64,000 nt of DNA from Candidatus Hermodarchaeota archaeon (lineage in GTDB: Archaea; Asgardarchaeota; Lokiarchaeia; Sigyniarchaeales; SOKP01). The translations under genes and the position numbers were made by a program. Below, piece by piece: positions 26,949-36,814 of this stretch; position 1 is the stretch's first letter, and each line of letters opens with the position of its first letter. The stretch lies in assembly GCA_048885535.1 (NCBI GenBank), contig JBHLLO010000002.1, forward strand, positions 16,952 through 80,951, given 5' to 3'. Below the pieces are notes generated by a model. It had not been told where the DNA came from. It made no database searches and worked only from the letters and a program-made list of their open reading frames with translations.

Positions 26949-27401
26949 TTAAAGAGTTATTTCCATTAAATAAGCACTTTCTCGATTACTATAATAATTT
27001 TCAATTTCTTGAACTATTTGGAAATTAAATTTTTGATAAAGTCTTATTGCAATCCAATTTTTTTTATTAACAGTTAATATAATTTTCTTTATTTCTTGAT
27101 ATGCTTTGATTAGTTCTAATGCTGCTTGAAATAAGTATGAACCATAACCCTTATTTTGATAGGTTTTTTTTATTAAAAAGTTTATTATATTAACTCTATC
27201 TCTTCCGTCTCGAATAGCAATTATATAACCAATGATATTAGAGCTGTTTTTGCTCAATAGCTTTAAAAATAAAGAATTTCGTAAAATCAATTTTGTCATA
27301 GTTTGTTTTGAAAATGAATCTTGTTTGAATATCTGGTACTCCATTTTCATAATTTCCTTTAAATCATCTAAAACGACTCTCTTTATCTCCAAATTATTCA
27401 A
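26949..27401 (-). CDS. GNAT-family N-acetyltransferase (RimI-like)
   Basis: The acetyl-CoA motif region is YQNKGYGSYLFQAALE. The ORF is 150 aa and overlaps the upstream gene by 8 nt. Confidence 0.8.
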   Translation of the reverse strand: MNNLEIKRVVLDDLKEIMKMEYQIFKQDSFSKQTMTKLILRNSLFLKLLSKNSSNIIGYIIAIRDGRDRVNIINFLIKKTYQNKGYGSYLFQAALELIKAYQEIKKIILTVNKKNWIAIRLYQKFNFQIVQEIENYYSNRESAYLMEITL

Positions 27402-28533
27402 TCTCTTCTTTAAATTCTTTTATTGGAGTCTTTTCAGTTATTTGCATGTACTTTTCATCTCTAAACGGGGTAATTTCTACAATAAATCCTTGTAATTTAT
27501 ACTGATCTAATAATTCTATGAATCTCTCTTCTAAAGCAAATGCTACTGGTATTTTCATCTTTTGTTTATCATAAAAGACATATTTCTGAGGTATTCTTAT
27601 TTTATTCAATAACAATTCATTAAGTTTAAATAAAGATTGCTCACTTCCTTCAATCTGAGCAAATAATAGTAATCCATCATTATTAATAGATTCAAATGGT
27701 TTTTTGATTGATTTTGCGCGACGTAAATATCGTTCTTTTAGTTGCCAATAATCTTTTGCGCTTATAGAACAAAAATGGATTTTCATAGAAACTTCAGGGT
27801 AAATTTTTTTTAGTAATTTAAGAGCCGTCTTTTTGCTGTTCTCTACAGCTGCAATTGAATTTTTTTTTAGTCTGAAACCTTTTTCTCTTAAATATTGACT
27901 ATTGGTAAATGAAAATTCAAATTCGTTTAAATTTATAAATTGGACCCCTATTTTATCTAGAAATAATATTAATTCTTGGAGTTGCTCCATGTATTCTTTA
28001 GTTGGAATTACTGGTACCTCAACTCCAACAGTCATTCCTTTTTTTAATGCTAATGAGATTACTTTCCATCTATCTTTAGGAGGATTAAATCTTATTTCAT
28101 TTAGCCCTGCTTCAGCTAATTGATTAGCTAGTTCTTCACTGAAGTTCAACCCATTTGTATATAAATGTATATGAAACCTCTTCCCTTTTTTTCTCTTAAC
28201 ATATTTTATAATATCTATTGTTTTTTGAAAATTGGTATCAGAGAGGGGTTCCCCACCCGTAATACTCATTCCTTTTGCTTTGGTTTTATTAATTTCGTGA
28301 ATTATTTCTTCGTGGGAATTAATTTTAATTTCGTTTGCGAAGCTAAAATCTTTTCCTTTTCTTTCAAAAGAAATTGGGCAGTACCAATAACAATGTTTGG
28401 GATTTTGGCATATTCCGTTTAGGAACAAGACAGTTTTCTCTCCGTTTAGGCATAACTGGCATCCTTTTGGAATCCCTCTACCTTTAATATAGTATGTTAG
28501 TGCTTTTGATTGTATTATTCTTACATTTTTCAT
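27394..28533 (-). CDS. Radical SAM-related protein (pyruvate formate-lyase activase-related archaeal family)
   Basis: A Cys cluster (GICQNPKHCYWYCP), MSITGGEPL and NEIRFNP were seen. It overlaps both neighbouring genes, by 4 nt and 8 nt. Confidence 0.6.
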   Translation of the reverse strand: MKNVRIIQSKALTYYIKGRGIPKGCQLCLNGEKTVLFLNGICQNPKHCYWYCPISFERKGKDFSFANEIKINSHEEIIHEINKTKAKGMSITGGEPLSDTNFQKTIDIIKYVKRKKGKRFHIHLYTNGLNFSEELANQLAEAGLNEIRFNPPKDRWKVISLALKKGMTVGVEVPVIPTKEYMEQLQELILFLDKIGVQFINLNEFEFSFTNSQYLREKGFRLKKNSIAAVENSKKTALKLLKKIYPEVSMKIHFCSISAKDYWQLKERYLRRAKSIKKPFESINNDGLLLFAQIEGSEQSLFKLNELLLNKIRIPQKYVFYDKQKMKIPVAFALEERFIELLDQYKLQGFIVEITPFRDEKYMQITEKTPIKEFKEEIE

Positions 28534-29237
28534 TTTTTATAGAGCTTTTTTCTTACTATAGATTTTTTATTTGAAAGTTTCTTCAATACTTCTTCTGTGC
28601 TTTCTTGAATATCAATTACTTTCTTTAAAAATACTCCTGTTCTTCCGTATTTTTCTCTTTTCAATAAAACTTTTACTCTTTCTTTTACGGTATTCAAACT
28701 TATTTTTAATTCTTTTGCTACTAAATGTTCATTTCCAATAATAGAGTACTCATCATGCCCTTTATAATTAGGTTTAATCATTACTAATCGTTTATCAACT
28801 CCAGGTACTCTGAGGTGAGCCTTTAATTGATTAAGACTTACTTTTCCTCCAAAGTCATAGAATTCTATCGAATTCATATCCAGTTTAGAAAGGGGAACTG
28901 TTATACTTTCCATTTCATTCAAATATATGTATAATTTTAGAGAATCATTTGGAGTTGCCATAATTATTTCTCGAAAATAATTATTAAATCCATTTTTATT
29001 AAGGATATATTCAATCTGATAGGATGAGGTTGATTGAAGAAAAATTATATCTAAATCGCTCTCTTCATGAACATCCCCACGCGCAATACTTCCGTAGATG
29101 TATGGATTAAATCCTGCTTTTACAAAAATATTTAATAGTTCTATTGCTCTCTTTCTTTTTAATTTAATAAGTTCCCATTGATTTTTGGAGTATGTATGCG
29201 ATTGATAATGCTCTCTTAATATTTTTTCCCTTTTCAT
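28530..29237 (-). CDS. Pol-beta-superfamily nucleotidyltransferase domain protein
   Basis: The minimal NTase motif GSIARGDVHEESDLDIIF fits GS...D.D. Confidence 0.65.
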   Translation of the reverse strand: MKREKILREHYQSHTYSKNQWELIKLKRKRAIELLNIFVKAGFNPYIYGSIARGDVHEESDLDIIFLQSTSSYQIEYILNKNGFNNYFREIIMATPNDSLKLYIYLNEMESITVPLSKLDMNSIEFYDFGGKVSLNQLKAHLRVPGVDKRLVMIKPNYKGHDEYSIIGNEHLVAKELKISLNTVKERVKVLLKREKYGRTGVFLKKVIDIQESTEEVLKKLSNKKSIVRKKLYKK

Positions 29238-29261
29238 AGATTTAGCTTCTTATAATAGAAT

Positions 29262-30071
29262 TTATTTATTTTCTATGACGTTAATTATAGATCTGAAGAG
29301 TATAGTCTCATAATACTTGAATGTATTAGATGCTTTTTTAAAAAGGTAAAATCCACTTGCAATTTCTCCAAATGATTTAAAATCATGAATAAATTGTTTT
29401 AAAGAAATTTTTTTTAGAAATCGATTAATCTTTCCGCTAAAAATTACAAATAATCTGGATCTTAAATCTTTTGATTTAAAGATATTGATTAAAAGCGTTT
29501 TATTTAGCTTATTTAGTTTAGGATTGATTAAGATTAATTTATCATTATTCATATCGTTAATAAATGCTTTATACATCAGATTTGTAGGAATAAAATTTAC
29601 CAAAAAATAGTTTTTATTTATTTTAATTTTGTTTCGAGAAAAAAAAAGAAATAAGGATTGGATTAACTTCATAATTTCTTTTTGACTTTCTATCTTCTCA
29701 TTTTCTTTTCTTGGCTTTTTAAGAACTTTGCAGTTCAATATAATTACGTCCACACCATAAGTGCTTATAGCTTCGGCTAGTGCATTAACTAATTTTCTGT
29801 TTTTTGAAGTTTTAATAATTATCATTAATTTTTTATTATTTTTTTCAATACTGTCTTTTATTAATTCAAATTTTTTAATTGAAATATTTTTATACTCAGC
29901 CTTAATGGCAGATCCTTCAAAAATTATTCTGGACAATCTTTCATTAGATAATGAAGTTCTCCATCTATTCAAATATTTAAAAATTCTAACACTCAGTAAT
30001 AAAAGAAGTAAAAAAGAAATTATTATAGCATCTACTAATATCCAATCTACGCGAAATATATCAAAAGCCAT
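29262..30071 (-). CDS. Hypothetical N-terminally membrane-anchored protein
   Basis: One N-terminal TM segment (ILVDAIIISFLLLLLLSV) is followed by a K/N-rich soluble part. No family was recognised. Confidence 0.6.
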   Translation of the reverse strand: MAFDIFRVDWILVDAIIISFLLLLLLSVRIFKYLNRWRTSLSNERLSRIIFEGSAIKAEYKNISIKKFELIKDSIEKNNKKLMIIIKTSKNRKLVNALAEAISTYGVDVIILNCKVLKKPRKENEKIESQKEIMKLIQSLFLFFSRNKIKINKNYFLVNFIPTNLMYKAFINDMNNDKLILINPKLNKLNKTLLINIFKSKDLRSRLFVIFSGKINRFLKKISLKQFIHDFKSFGEIASGFYLFKKASNTFKYYETILFRSIINVIENK

Positions 30072-30094
30072 AAATATTCATTAAAGAATTTAAA

Positions 30095-30409
30095 CTATTT
30101 TATATTTTCATCTATCCAATTCAAATATTTTTCAGATCCTTTTTCAATTTCCACTCCTATGCATTCTGGTGTGTCATAGCTATGAATTTCATTAATTTTT
30201 TCAATTAATTGTTTTGAATTTCTTTCAGTCGTCTTAATCAAAAGTAAGTGTTCATTAGCGTCTTCAATTCTTCCTTTCCATCTATATATAGAAAGAATAT
30301 TTTGAATTATATTTACACAAGCTGCATATTTACTTTCTACCAAATGTTTTGCGATTTTTTTTCCTTCTTCAAGATTAGGAACAGTAACAAAAAAGATATA
30401 ATAACGCAT
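30095..30409 (-). CDS. cutA: Divalent-cation tolerance protein CutA
   Basis: 104 aa with YAACVNI...SIYRWKGRIE...LLLIKT...HSYDTPE, the CutA1 pattern. Confidence 0.85.
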   Translation of the reverse strand: MRYYIFFVTVPNLEEGKKIAKHLVESKYAACVNIIQNILSIYRWKGRIEDANEHLLLIKTTERNSKQLIEKINEIHSYDTPECIGVEIEKGSEKYLNWIDENIK

Positions 30410-30537
30410 TTTAATTAATTACTTTAATTCCATTTATCTATTACTATTATACTGATATACAAATCTTTTAAGATTTATTAAATCTTAATGTACTAAAAAT
30501 TAGTGTAAAATATTAAACTAAATTTAAAATAAAATTA

Positions 30538-30831
30538 ATGAATAGCAATTATGAAGACTGGTGGTACAATAAAATCTTTAGAGGGTATGCTAAAGCACGA
30601 AAAAATAGGTATGAAACATTATGGTTATGTAAAATGCTTAAAAAGCTTATGTTTCTATTAAATACAACTCAAGATACTACATTGGTAAAAAATAGTTTAA
30701 TTATATTACTCAACCTTTTTGAAGATTTTCCTTTAGATAGATTTGAAAAGAAGGGTAGAGATACAAAATATTTATCTCAAAAAGAGAAAAATGAACTTAA
30801 AAAACTCTTAAAAGATGCTTTGATAACTTAA
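30538..30831 (+). CDS. Hypothetical protein, 97 aa
   Basis: Supported by the ORF only. No motif was recognised. Confidence 0.4.
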   Translation: MNSNYEDWWYNKIFRGYAKARKNRYETLWLCKMLKKLMFLLNTTQDTTLVKNSLIILLNLFEDFPLDRFEKKGRDTKYLSQKEKNELKKLLKDALIT

Positions 30832-31046
30832 CTCAAAATAAAGGTTAGGATAACAGGATTATCTTGGATAGAAATTGAATGTATAATTGTATCAGAAATT
30901 ATAAATAATAGTATTTCTATTATAAATAAAAATAGGAATTTAATATCTAAAATTATTAATCAATTAAATTACACATTAATAATTAATGCTACATATCTAT
31001 ACAGAATGAACGATTAGGGTGGGATAAAATAATCCATAATGTTTAC

Positions 31047-31754
31047 TTGATTGACCAATTTACGGGAATTTGTTTAATTCATAGGAAGTATGGAACTATC
31101 GAATTTAATCAGGATTTAGTTTCGGGATTTTTAACAGCCCTTAAAGATTTTAGTGTCGAGTTTTCAAAAGGTTCTGGGGAATTAAAAGTTATTGACATGC
31201 AAATCTTTTATCTACTCTTAGTTTTTAAAGAGGGCGTATTATGTACTGCTGCGGCTGATAAAAATGATGACGCTAAAATTACTCATAAAGCATTGAGTGA
31301 TATTATTGATAAATTTATTACTGTACATGGTGAAACAATTAAAAACTGGGGAGGAGATGTACGTCTTTTTAGAGAATTTGAACCAATAATAGATGAGGTT
31401 CTAGAAAGTGGAAGGATAGCAGAAATCCAAATGAAGATACCCATTCTAAAGATTTATGAAAAGGATTTCCTGAAATCTCGTAAACAAATTACAAAAAAAG
31501 GACTGATTATTACCGAAGAAGATTTACGTCAATCTCAGAATCAAAAGCCTGAGTGGACTTCGAAGAGATTACCAACTCAAGTGATAACCCAGGGTTTTTT
31601 AGATGAGGAAATGTATAAAATAGCACATTTAGCAGATGGTTTCCACACAATTTCCGATATTGCTGAGGAAAGTGGAAAACCTGAAAGTGAGATTCAAGTA
31701 ATGATAGATGATTTAGACGATTTAGGTCTGTTAAAATTTATTGAAATAAAATAA
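31047..31754 (+). CDS. Hypothetical protein: N-terminal longin/roadblock-like alpha-beta domain (tentative) plus C-terminal winged helix
   Basis: The N-terminus reads MIDQFTGICLIHRKYGTIEFNQDLVSGFLTALKDFSVEF...IFYLLLVFKEGVLCTAAAD. The C-terminus reads HTISDIAEESGKPESEIQVMIDDLDDLGLLKFIE. Confidence 0.5.
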   Translation: MIDQFTGICLIHRKYGTIEFNQDLVSGFLTALKDFSVEFSKGSGELKVIDMQIFYLLLVFKEGVLCTAAADKNDDAKITHKALSDIIDKFITVHGETIKNWGGDVRLFREFEPIIDEVLESGRIAEIQMKIPILKIYEKDFLKSRKQITKKGLIITEEDLRQSQNQKPEWTSKRLPTQVITQGFLDEEMYKIAHLADGFHTISDIAEESGKPESEIQVMIDDLDDLGLLKFIEIK

Positions 31755-31930
31755 AGTAGATCTTAGAAAATTTTTGAATTCTACTCAAAATGATTATCAT
31801 TGTAATGAAGATTGCTTCTTTTTCTAATATTCGCATTAATTCTCATTGGTTTAAGAATAATAATTGAAATTAAATTGTTATTAAAATAAATGAAAATATT
31901 TATGAAAATTCTTGTACTAATTAATGTATT

Positions 31931-33403
31931 ATGAATGTCAATAAAATTGATGACAATATATACGAGATAGCACCAACAACGTTAATGGCACGAGTAGAAG
32001 GGAGAATTGAGAAATTTCAGATGTATGTACCAGTACATATTTATGCTAATGAATACATTCTCGAGAAAATCAAACTAGATAAAACTCTTGATCAAATTGC
32101 GAACGTAGCTTGTTTAAAAGGGGTTGAAAAACATGTAATCGCACTTTCAGACGCTCATCAAGGATATGGATTTTGCATTGGAGGTGTCGCAGGGACAGAT
32201 GCTGAAATTGGTATGATATCCCCTGGAGGTGTTGGATATGATATTAATTGTGGAGTTAGATTATTGAGAACAAACTTAATGCTTTACGAGATAAATAATA
32301 CTCTACCTAGTTTATTAAATACAATTTTTAAAAATATACCTTCGGGTTTGGGTTCAAAGGGGAAATTAAATATTAACTTTTCAGATCTAGATAATGTATT
32401 AAATACAGGAATGAATTGGACGTTAGAGAATAACTATGCTATTGAAGAAGATCTCAAACATTGTGAAGAGAATGGTTGTTTGAAAGATGCGGATGCCAGT
32501 CTAGTTTCTCAAAAAGCTAAAGAAAGAGGTTTTAAGCAACTTGGATCCCTCGGAAGTGGTAATCACTTTCTTGAGATTCAGAAGGTTGATGAGATATATA
32601 ATGAATCAATTGCAAAAAAGTTAGGAATATATGAAATTAATCAAATAACAATTATGGTTCATACAGGATCTAGGGCTCTTGGGCATCAAGTGTGTACAGA
32701 TTCTTTGCGGAACGTAGAACGTGCTATGAAAAAATACAAGGTTAGAGTTCCAGATCGGGAATTAGCTTGTGTTCCTGCAAATACTCCTGAAGCTCAGAAT
32801 TACCTTAGCCAAATGGCTTGTGCAGCCAATTTTGGATTTGCTAATCGTCAATTGATAACTCATTGGTTAAGAGAGTCTTTCCAACGACATTTTAATAAAA
32901 GTTTTAATGATTTAGATTTGCATTTGATATATGGAGTTTGCCATAATATTCTAAAAGTTGAGGAACATGAAATAAATGGGAAAAAGGTGAAATTAAATGT
33001 ACATCGTAAAGGCGCTACTAGAGCATTTCCACCGGGACATCCAGTACTTCCTCAAGAATACAAAGAGATTGGACAACCGGTATTAATTCCCGGTACAATG
33101 GGGAGCGCATCATATCTATGTGTTGGAAAGCCCAAATCGATGGAACTTTCATTTGGATCTACAGCTCATGGATCAGGAAGGGTTATGTCGAGATCTAAAG
33201 CAATAGCAAAATATAGGGGCTCGAATGTTAGAGAAGATCTAAGTAATAGAGGGATTTTAGTTAAAGCCGCATCAATGAAAGTCATTGCTGAAGAAGCTCC
33301 TGGAGCTTATAAAGATATTGATCAAGTTGTTCAAGTAAGCCATGATTTAGAAATTGTAGAAAAAGTTGTTAGATTAGTTCCTATAGGCGTTGTTAAGGGT
33401 TAA
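31931..33403 (+). CDS. rtcB: RNA 3'-phosphate ligase RtcB (tRNA-splicing ligase)
   Basis: Motifs seen are GVGYDINCGVRLL, GSGNHFLEIQ, HTGSRALGHQV, HRKGATRAF and PGTMGSASY. Confidence 0.95.
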   Translation: MNVNKIDDNIYEIAPTTLMARVEGRIEKFQMYVPVHIYANEYILEKIKLDKTLDQIANVACLKGVEKHVIALSDAHQGYGFCIGGVAGTDAEIGMISPGGVGYDINCGVRLLRTNLMLYEINNTLPSLLNTIFKNIPSGLGSKGKLNINFSDLDNVLNTGMNWTLENNYAIEEDLKHCEENGCLKDADASLVSQKAKERGFKQLGSLGSGNHFLEIQKVDEIYNESIAKKLGIYEINQITIMVHTGSRALGHQVCTDSLRNVERAMKKYKVRVPDRELACVPANTPEAQNYLSQMACAANFGFANRQLITHWLRESFQRHFNKSFNDLDLHLIYGVCHNILKVEEHEINGKKVKLNVHRKGATRAFPPGHPVLPQEYKEIGQPVLIPGTMGSASYLCVGKPKSMELSFGSTAHGSGRVMSRSKAIAKYRGSNVREDLSNRGILVKAASMKVIAEEAPGAYKDIDQVVQVSHDLEIVEKVVRLVPIGVVKG

Positions 33404-33418
33404 TTCACATTATAGGTT

Positions 33419-33856
33419 TTAGACATCAAAAATTATTTCTATTTCTATTTTACTTCTTTTTTTTTTAATAGTCATAAATGAATAAGTCACAGCCTTCACC
33501 TCTGTACCAATTTCATGTTTATCTCGATCAAATTTCTCACCACTCATAATTGCTTTTAAAAAATATTCATCGTTCTTAGTTTTGTTTAAATTTACAATAA
33601 TATCGCTAAAAATTAGGCCTTCAACATCAAAAAAGTAAAGAAACTCGGAGAGAAAGTCGAATAATAAAGCATAAGTATCTTCTGATGTTATTTCGATACT
33701 TCTTTTCACAAGTGGTGAAATTCTTTTCAAATCTGGAGTCATAATAGTCATCAGACTTAAAGCTGTTTGTATAAATGCGTCCTCTAAAGTTCTACCCCAA
33801 CTCCTTACTTTTATATCTGCTGTATGTTCTTCAAATTCAAATCCTGCTTCTTTCAT
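33419..33856 (-). CDS. Archease (RtcB activator)
   Basis: The ORF is 145 aa and contains FEFEEHTADIKVRSWGRTLEDAF. It is convergent with rtcB. Confidence 0.9.
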   Translation of the reverse strand: MKEAGFEFEEHTADIKVRSWGRTLEDAFIQTALSLMTIMTPDLKRISPLVKRSIEITSEDTYALLFDFLSEFLYFFDVEGLIFSDIIVNLNKTKNDEYFLKAIMSGEKFDRDKHEIGTEVKAVTYSFMTIKKKRSKIEIEIIFDV

Positions 33857-33875
33857 TATTAAGTCAAAAACATAA

Positions 33876-34451
33876 TTGGAATTTATTAAGTTGTTGTCTA
33901 AATTTGATTTTTTTAGGACTTTAAATCTCTTCTTAAAAAGATTCTTATGTATGCTTTATACGATCTTAGATGATTTAATTTTTTATCAGTCTTTGAAATT
34001 TATTAGAAAATATACTAATTTCGAACTTAAACTATTCGATTATTTTTATAATAAAACAAATATTTATCCTAAAAACATTGTTGTCATCAATCAGATCGTA
34101 TTTTTTTTCGTTGATAATGAAGATTATTTTGAAGCAAAGTTGTATTTGAGTTCTCTTAGATTTAAATTATGCAGAAAGGTAGCTTTAATTCGCGCAGAAA
34201 ACACTCTAATTAATTTAATACATAGCTTTTTTCCTGATATATATATACATGATATAAGAGTAGAATATAACATTTATTCGCGTAAGCGAGAGATATCTGT
34301 TAACTTTCTGACCTTCAAGGAGAGGGGGATCGCAATAGGTAAGAATGGAGATTATATAAAAGCAATTAACGAATTACTTGAAAAATATATTGAGTTCCAA
34401 AAGTTTGGAAAACCAGTAAAAATATCTTGCAAAGTTACAAAATTAGACTAG
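33876..34451 (+). CDS. KH-domain RNA-binding protein (archaeal NusA-like)
   Basis: The KH GxxG loop is ERGIAIGKNGDYIKAINELL. The real start may be the internal Met at about 33951 (MLYTILDD). Confidence 0.55.
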   Translation: MEFIKLLSKFDFFRTLNLFLKRFLCMLYTILDDLIFYQSLKFIRKYTNFELKLFDYFYNKTNIYPKNIVVINQIVFFFVDNEDYFEAKLYLSSLRFKLCRKVALIRAENTLINLIHSFFPDIYIHDIRVEYNIYSRKREISVNFLTFKERGIAIGKNGDYIKAINELLEKYIEFQKFGKPVKISCKVTKLD

Positions 34452-34455
34452 GAAT

Positions 34456-35229
34456 TTACCAGGGGACATCTTTTAGACCAGTAATATAAGCAACTGTATT
34501 AGCAATAATGCTTACTGAAGGTGTCAAAATTAATAAGAAAATGATAATAAATATATCTGGGGCAAGATATAGTCCTGGAATTATTAAAGCGGGAATAGCT
34601 GCAAAGAGAATCGCAAAAGAGACAAAATCAAGTTGATCAATTATCCAAAAGGGTGCTCCACTCTGAATATTCAATCTTCTTTTGAAGAAGGAGCCAATTA
34701 GATCTCCAAAAGCAGCACCGTAAGAACATAATATAATTCTTAATAATATTATTGGTAAACCTGAGGGGAATGACCCACCAATGAAATAAAATTGATAATA
34801 AATTAAATCAGTATAGAGTTTATATATTCCATGTGTCATTCCAGAAAGAGGGATCACCTCAATAGCAGGCCATAGTGCTAAAAACAAAAGATAGATCCCG
34901 AAGGATATTGGAATCCCTAAATAAAGAGGTCCAAAAATGAAACCTCGCCAGGTCTTATGCTCTCCAAATAATCTCCGCCCATCTTTACAGAATTTTCCAC
35001 GATCTATTGGTTTACCTCCTCCAACAATTACCATTCCAGCATTTGAAATATACCCAGGTGTTATAAATAATAAACTAAAAATAAGAAGTGCAATCCAATC
35101 TGTCCATGCAAATATTAGAGAAATAAATAAAAAATTCATTATAAGCAAAAGTGTGAAACTAATCGCTAATATTTTAGCAATTTTTGTATTTCTCTTCTTG
35201 AAAGAATAAGTAATATCATTTTGAGACAT
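34456..35229 (-). CDS. carS: CDP-archaeol synthase
   Basis: A polytopic membrane protein with GGGKPIDRGKFCKDGRRLFGEHKTWRGF and FGDLIGSFFKRRL, the CarS-family signatures. Confidence 0.75.
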   Translation of the reverse strand: MSQNDITYSFKKRNTKIAKILAISFTLLLIMNFLFISLIFAWTDWIALLIFSLLFITPGYISNAGMVIVGGGKPIDRGKFCKDGRRLFGEHKTWRGFIFGPLYLGIPISFGIYLLFLALWPAIEVIPLSGMTHGIYKLYTDLIYYQFYFIGGSFPSGLPIILLRIILCSYGAAFGDLIGSFFKRRLNIQSGAPFWIIDQLDFVSFAILFAAIPALIIPGLYLAPDIFIIIFLLILTPSVSIIANTVAYITGLKDVPW

Positions 35230-35491
35230 TTTTCCTTAGTGATCTGTAAGAGAACTTAGATGAAATAATTATTTATTAAAATTAAATATTGGTAAAAATA
35301 AAGAAATATAATAAATCATTAATATATTGTTCTATAAATAATAATCTTTTAAAAGTGAAACTGTGATATTAAAAAATACAGAAAAGATAAGTCAGAATAT
35401 ATTAACGATTTAACAGCTCTCGATTAATTTGTCGGTTAACAAATAGTTTTTAAATACTTGTTAATAATAAATATAGCGTAGGTGTTATTGT

Positions 35492-36814
35492 TTGTTGACG
35501 GATTCAAAAGATAATGACAATTACTCTTTTAATATCGATAGATTTTACAAGAATTATTTGAAAGGACCTAAAATTTTTAAGATGCGTGAAGCTTTAGAGC
35601 CCTCATATATTCCTGATGAATTACCTCATCGAGATAATGAGATTAAAAAAATTGCGGGGATTACTGCATGTGCACTAAATGGAGATGTACCACCTAATTT
35701 TTTATGCTATGGAATGACGGGTACTGGAAAAACGGCAACAATCAGATATATCAGTCAAAAACTGGCTCAACATTGTGAAGGATCCCCTCCCTGGTGGATT
35801 TATATAAATTGCAATATAATATCTACACCATATCGTATTTTAGCTCATATTTATAACACTATAGTAGGAAAAGAAAAAATACCCCCAACTGGATTACCAA
35901 AAGACATTATCTTCAAAAAACTACTCGGGATACTAGATTTAAAAATAAAAAATAGTGTATGTTTCCTTGTTTTAGATGAGATTGATGTTCTTATTGAGCG
36001 TAGAGGGGGGAATGAAATTTTATATGACTTAACAAGGCTAAATGAAAATTTAGATTCATGTAGAACCTGTTCAATAGGTATTTCCAATAAGTTAAGATTT
36101 ATGGATCATTTGGATTCGAGAGTTACTTCAGCATTATCGGGGCAAGAACCTATAGTGTTTCACCCATATAATGCTAATGAATTAGCAGATATACTCAAAC
36201 AACGTTCGGATATTGCTTTTAATGAGAACGTTTTGGGCGAAGGCGTTATAAAATTATGTGCTGGTTTAGCTGCAAAAGAGCATGGTGATGCAAGAAAGGC
36301 TCTTCAATTACTAAGGAAAGCTGGAGAGATAGCTGAGAGAAAGCAACATAAAGAAATCTCAGAAATAGACGTTATTAAAGCTCAAAAAGATCTTGAAAAA
36401 GATCATATAGTAGAATATATATTATCTATGCCCCTCCAAGCGCAATTAACGTTAACAGCCATTTATATTTTGAAAAAATTTGGAAAAGATCATATTATTA
36501 CTTCTGGTGATATATATGAAACCCACTCAGAATTAACTAAAATGTTACCTGGTGTAAAACAACTAACACACAGGAGAATTAGTGATTATATTAATGAATT
36601 ATCGTTAGCAGGGATAATAAATGCTAGTACAAAATCTATGGGGCATTATGGTAGGACAAAATTGATTGAAATTGATATCGAAAAAGATATACTTGAACGA
36701 GCTTTATCCCAAATAAAAAAATTTAAAGTGACTGGTATTTTAAACTATAAACCAATAACTTTGCAAAGTGATAAGGTTAAGATTAAGAACAATGTATTCA
36801 GAAAATTAATTTAA
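35492..36814 (+). CDS. cdc6: Orc1/Cdc6 replication initiator
   Basis: Motifs seen are Walker A GMTGTGKTATIRY, Walker B FLVLDEIDVL and HGDARKALQLLR. A C-terminal winged helix follows. Confidence 0.9.
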   Translation: MLTDSKDNDNYSFNIDRFYKNYLKGPKIFKMREALEPSYIPDELPHRDNEIKKIAGITACALNGDVPPNFLCYGMTGTGKTATIRYISQKLAQHCEGSPPWWIYINCNIISTPYRILAHIYNTIVGKEKIPPTGLPKDIIFKKLLGILDLKIKNSVCFLVLDEIDVLIERRGGNEILYDLTRLNENLDSCRTCSIGISNKLRFMDHLDSRVTSALSGQEPIVFHPYNANELADILKQRSDIAFNENVLGEGVIKLCAGLAAKEHGDARKALQLLRKAGEIAERKQHKEISEIDVIKAQKDLEKDHIVEYILSMPLQAQLTLTAIYILKKFGKDHIITSGDIYETHSELTKMLPGVKQLTHRRISDYINELSLAGIINASTKSMGHYGRTKLIEIDIEKDILERALSQIKKFKVTGILNYKPITLQSDKVKIKNNVFRKLI

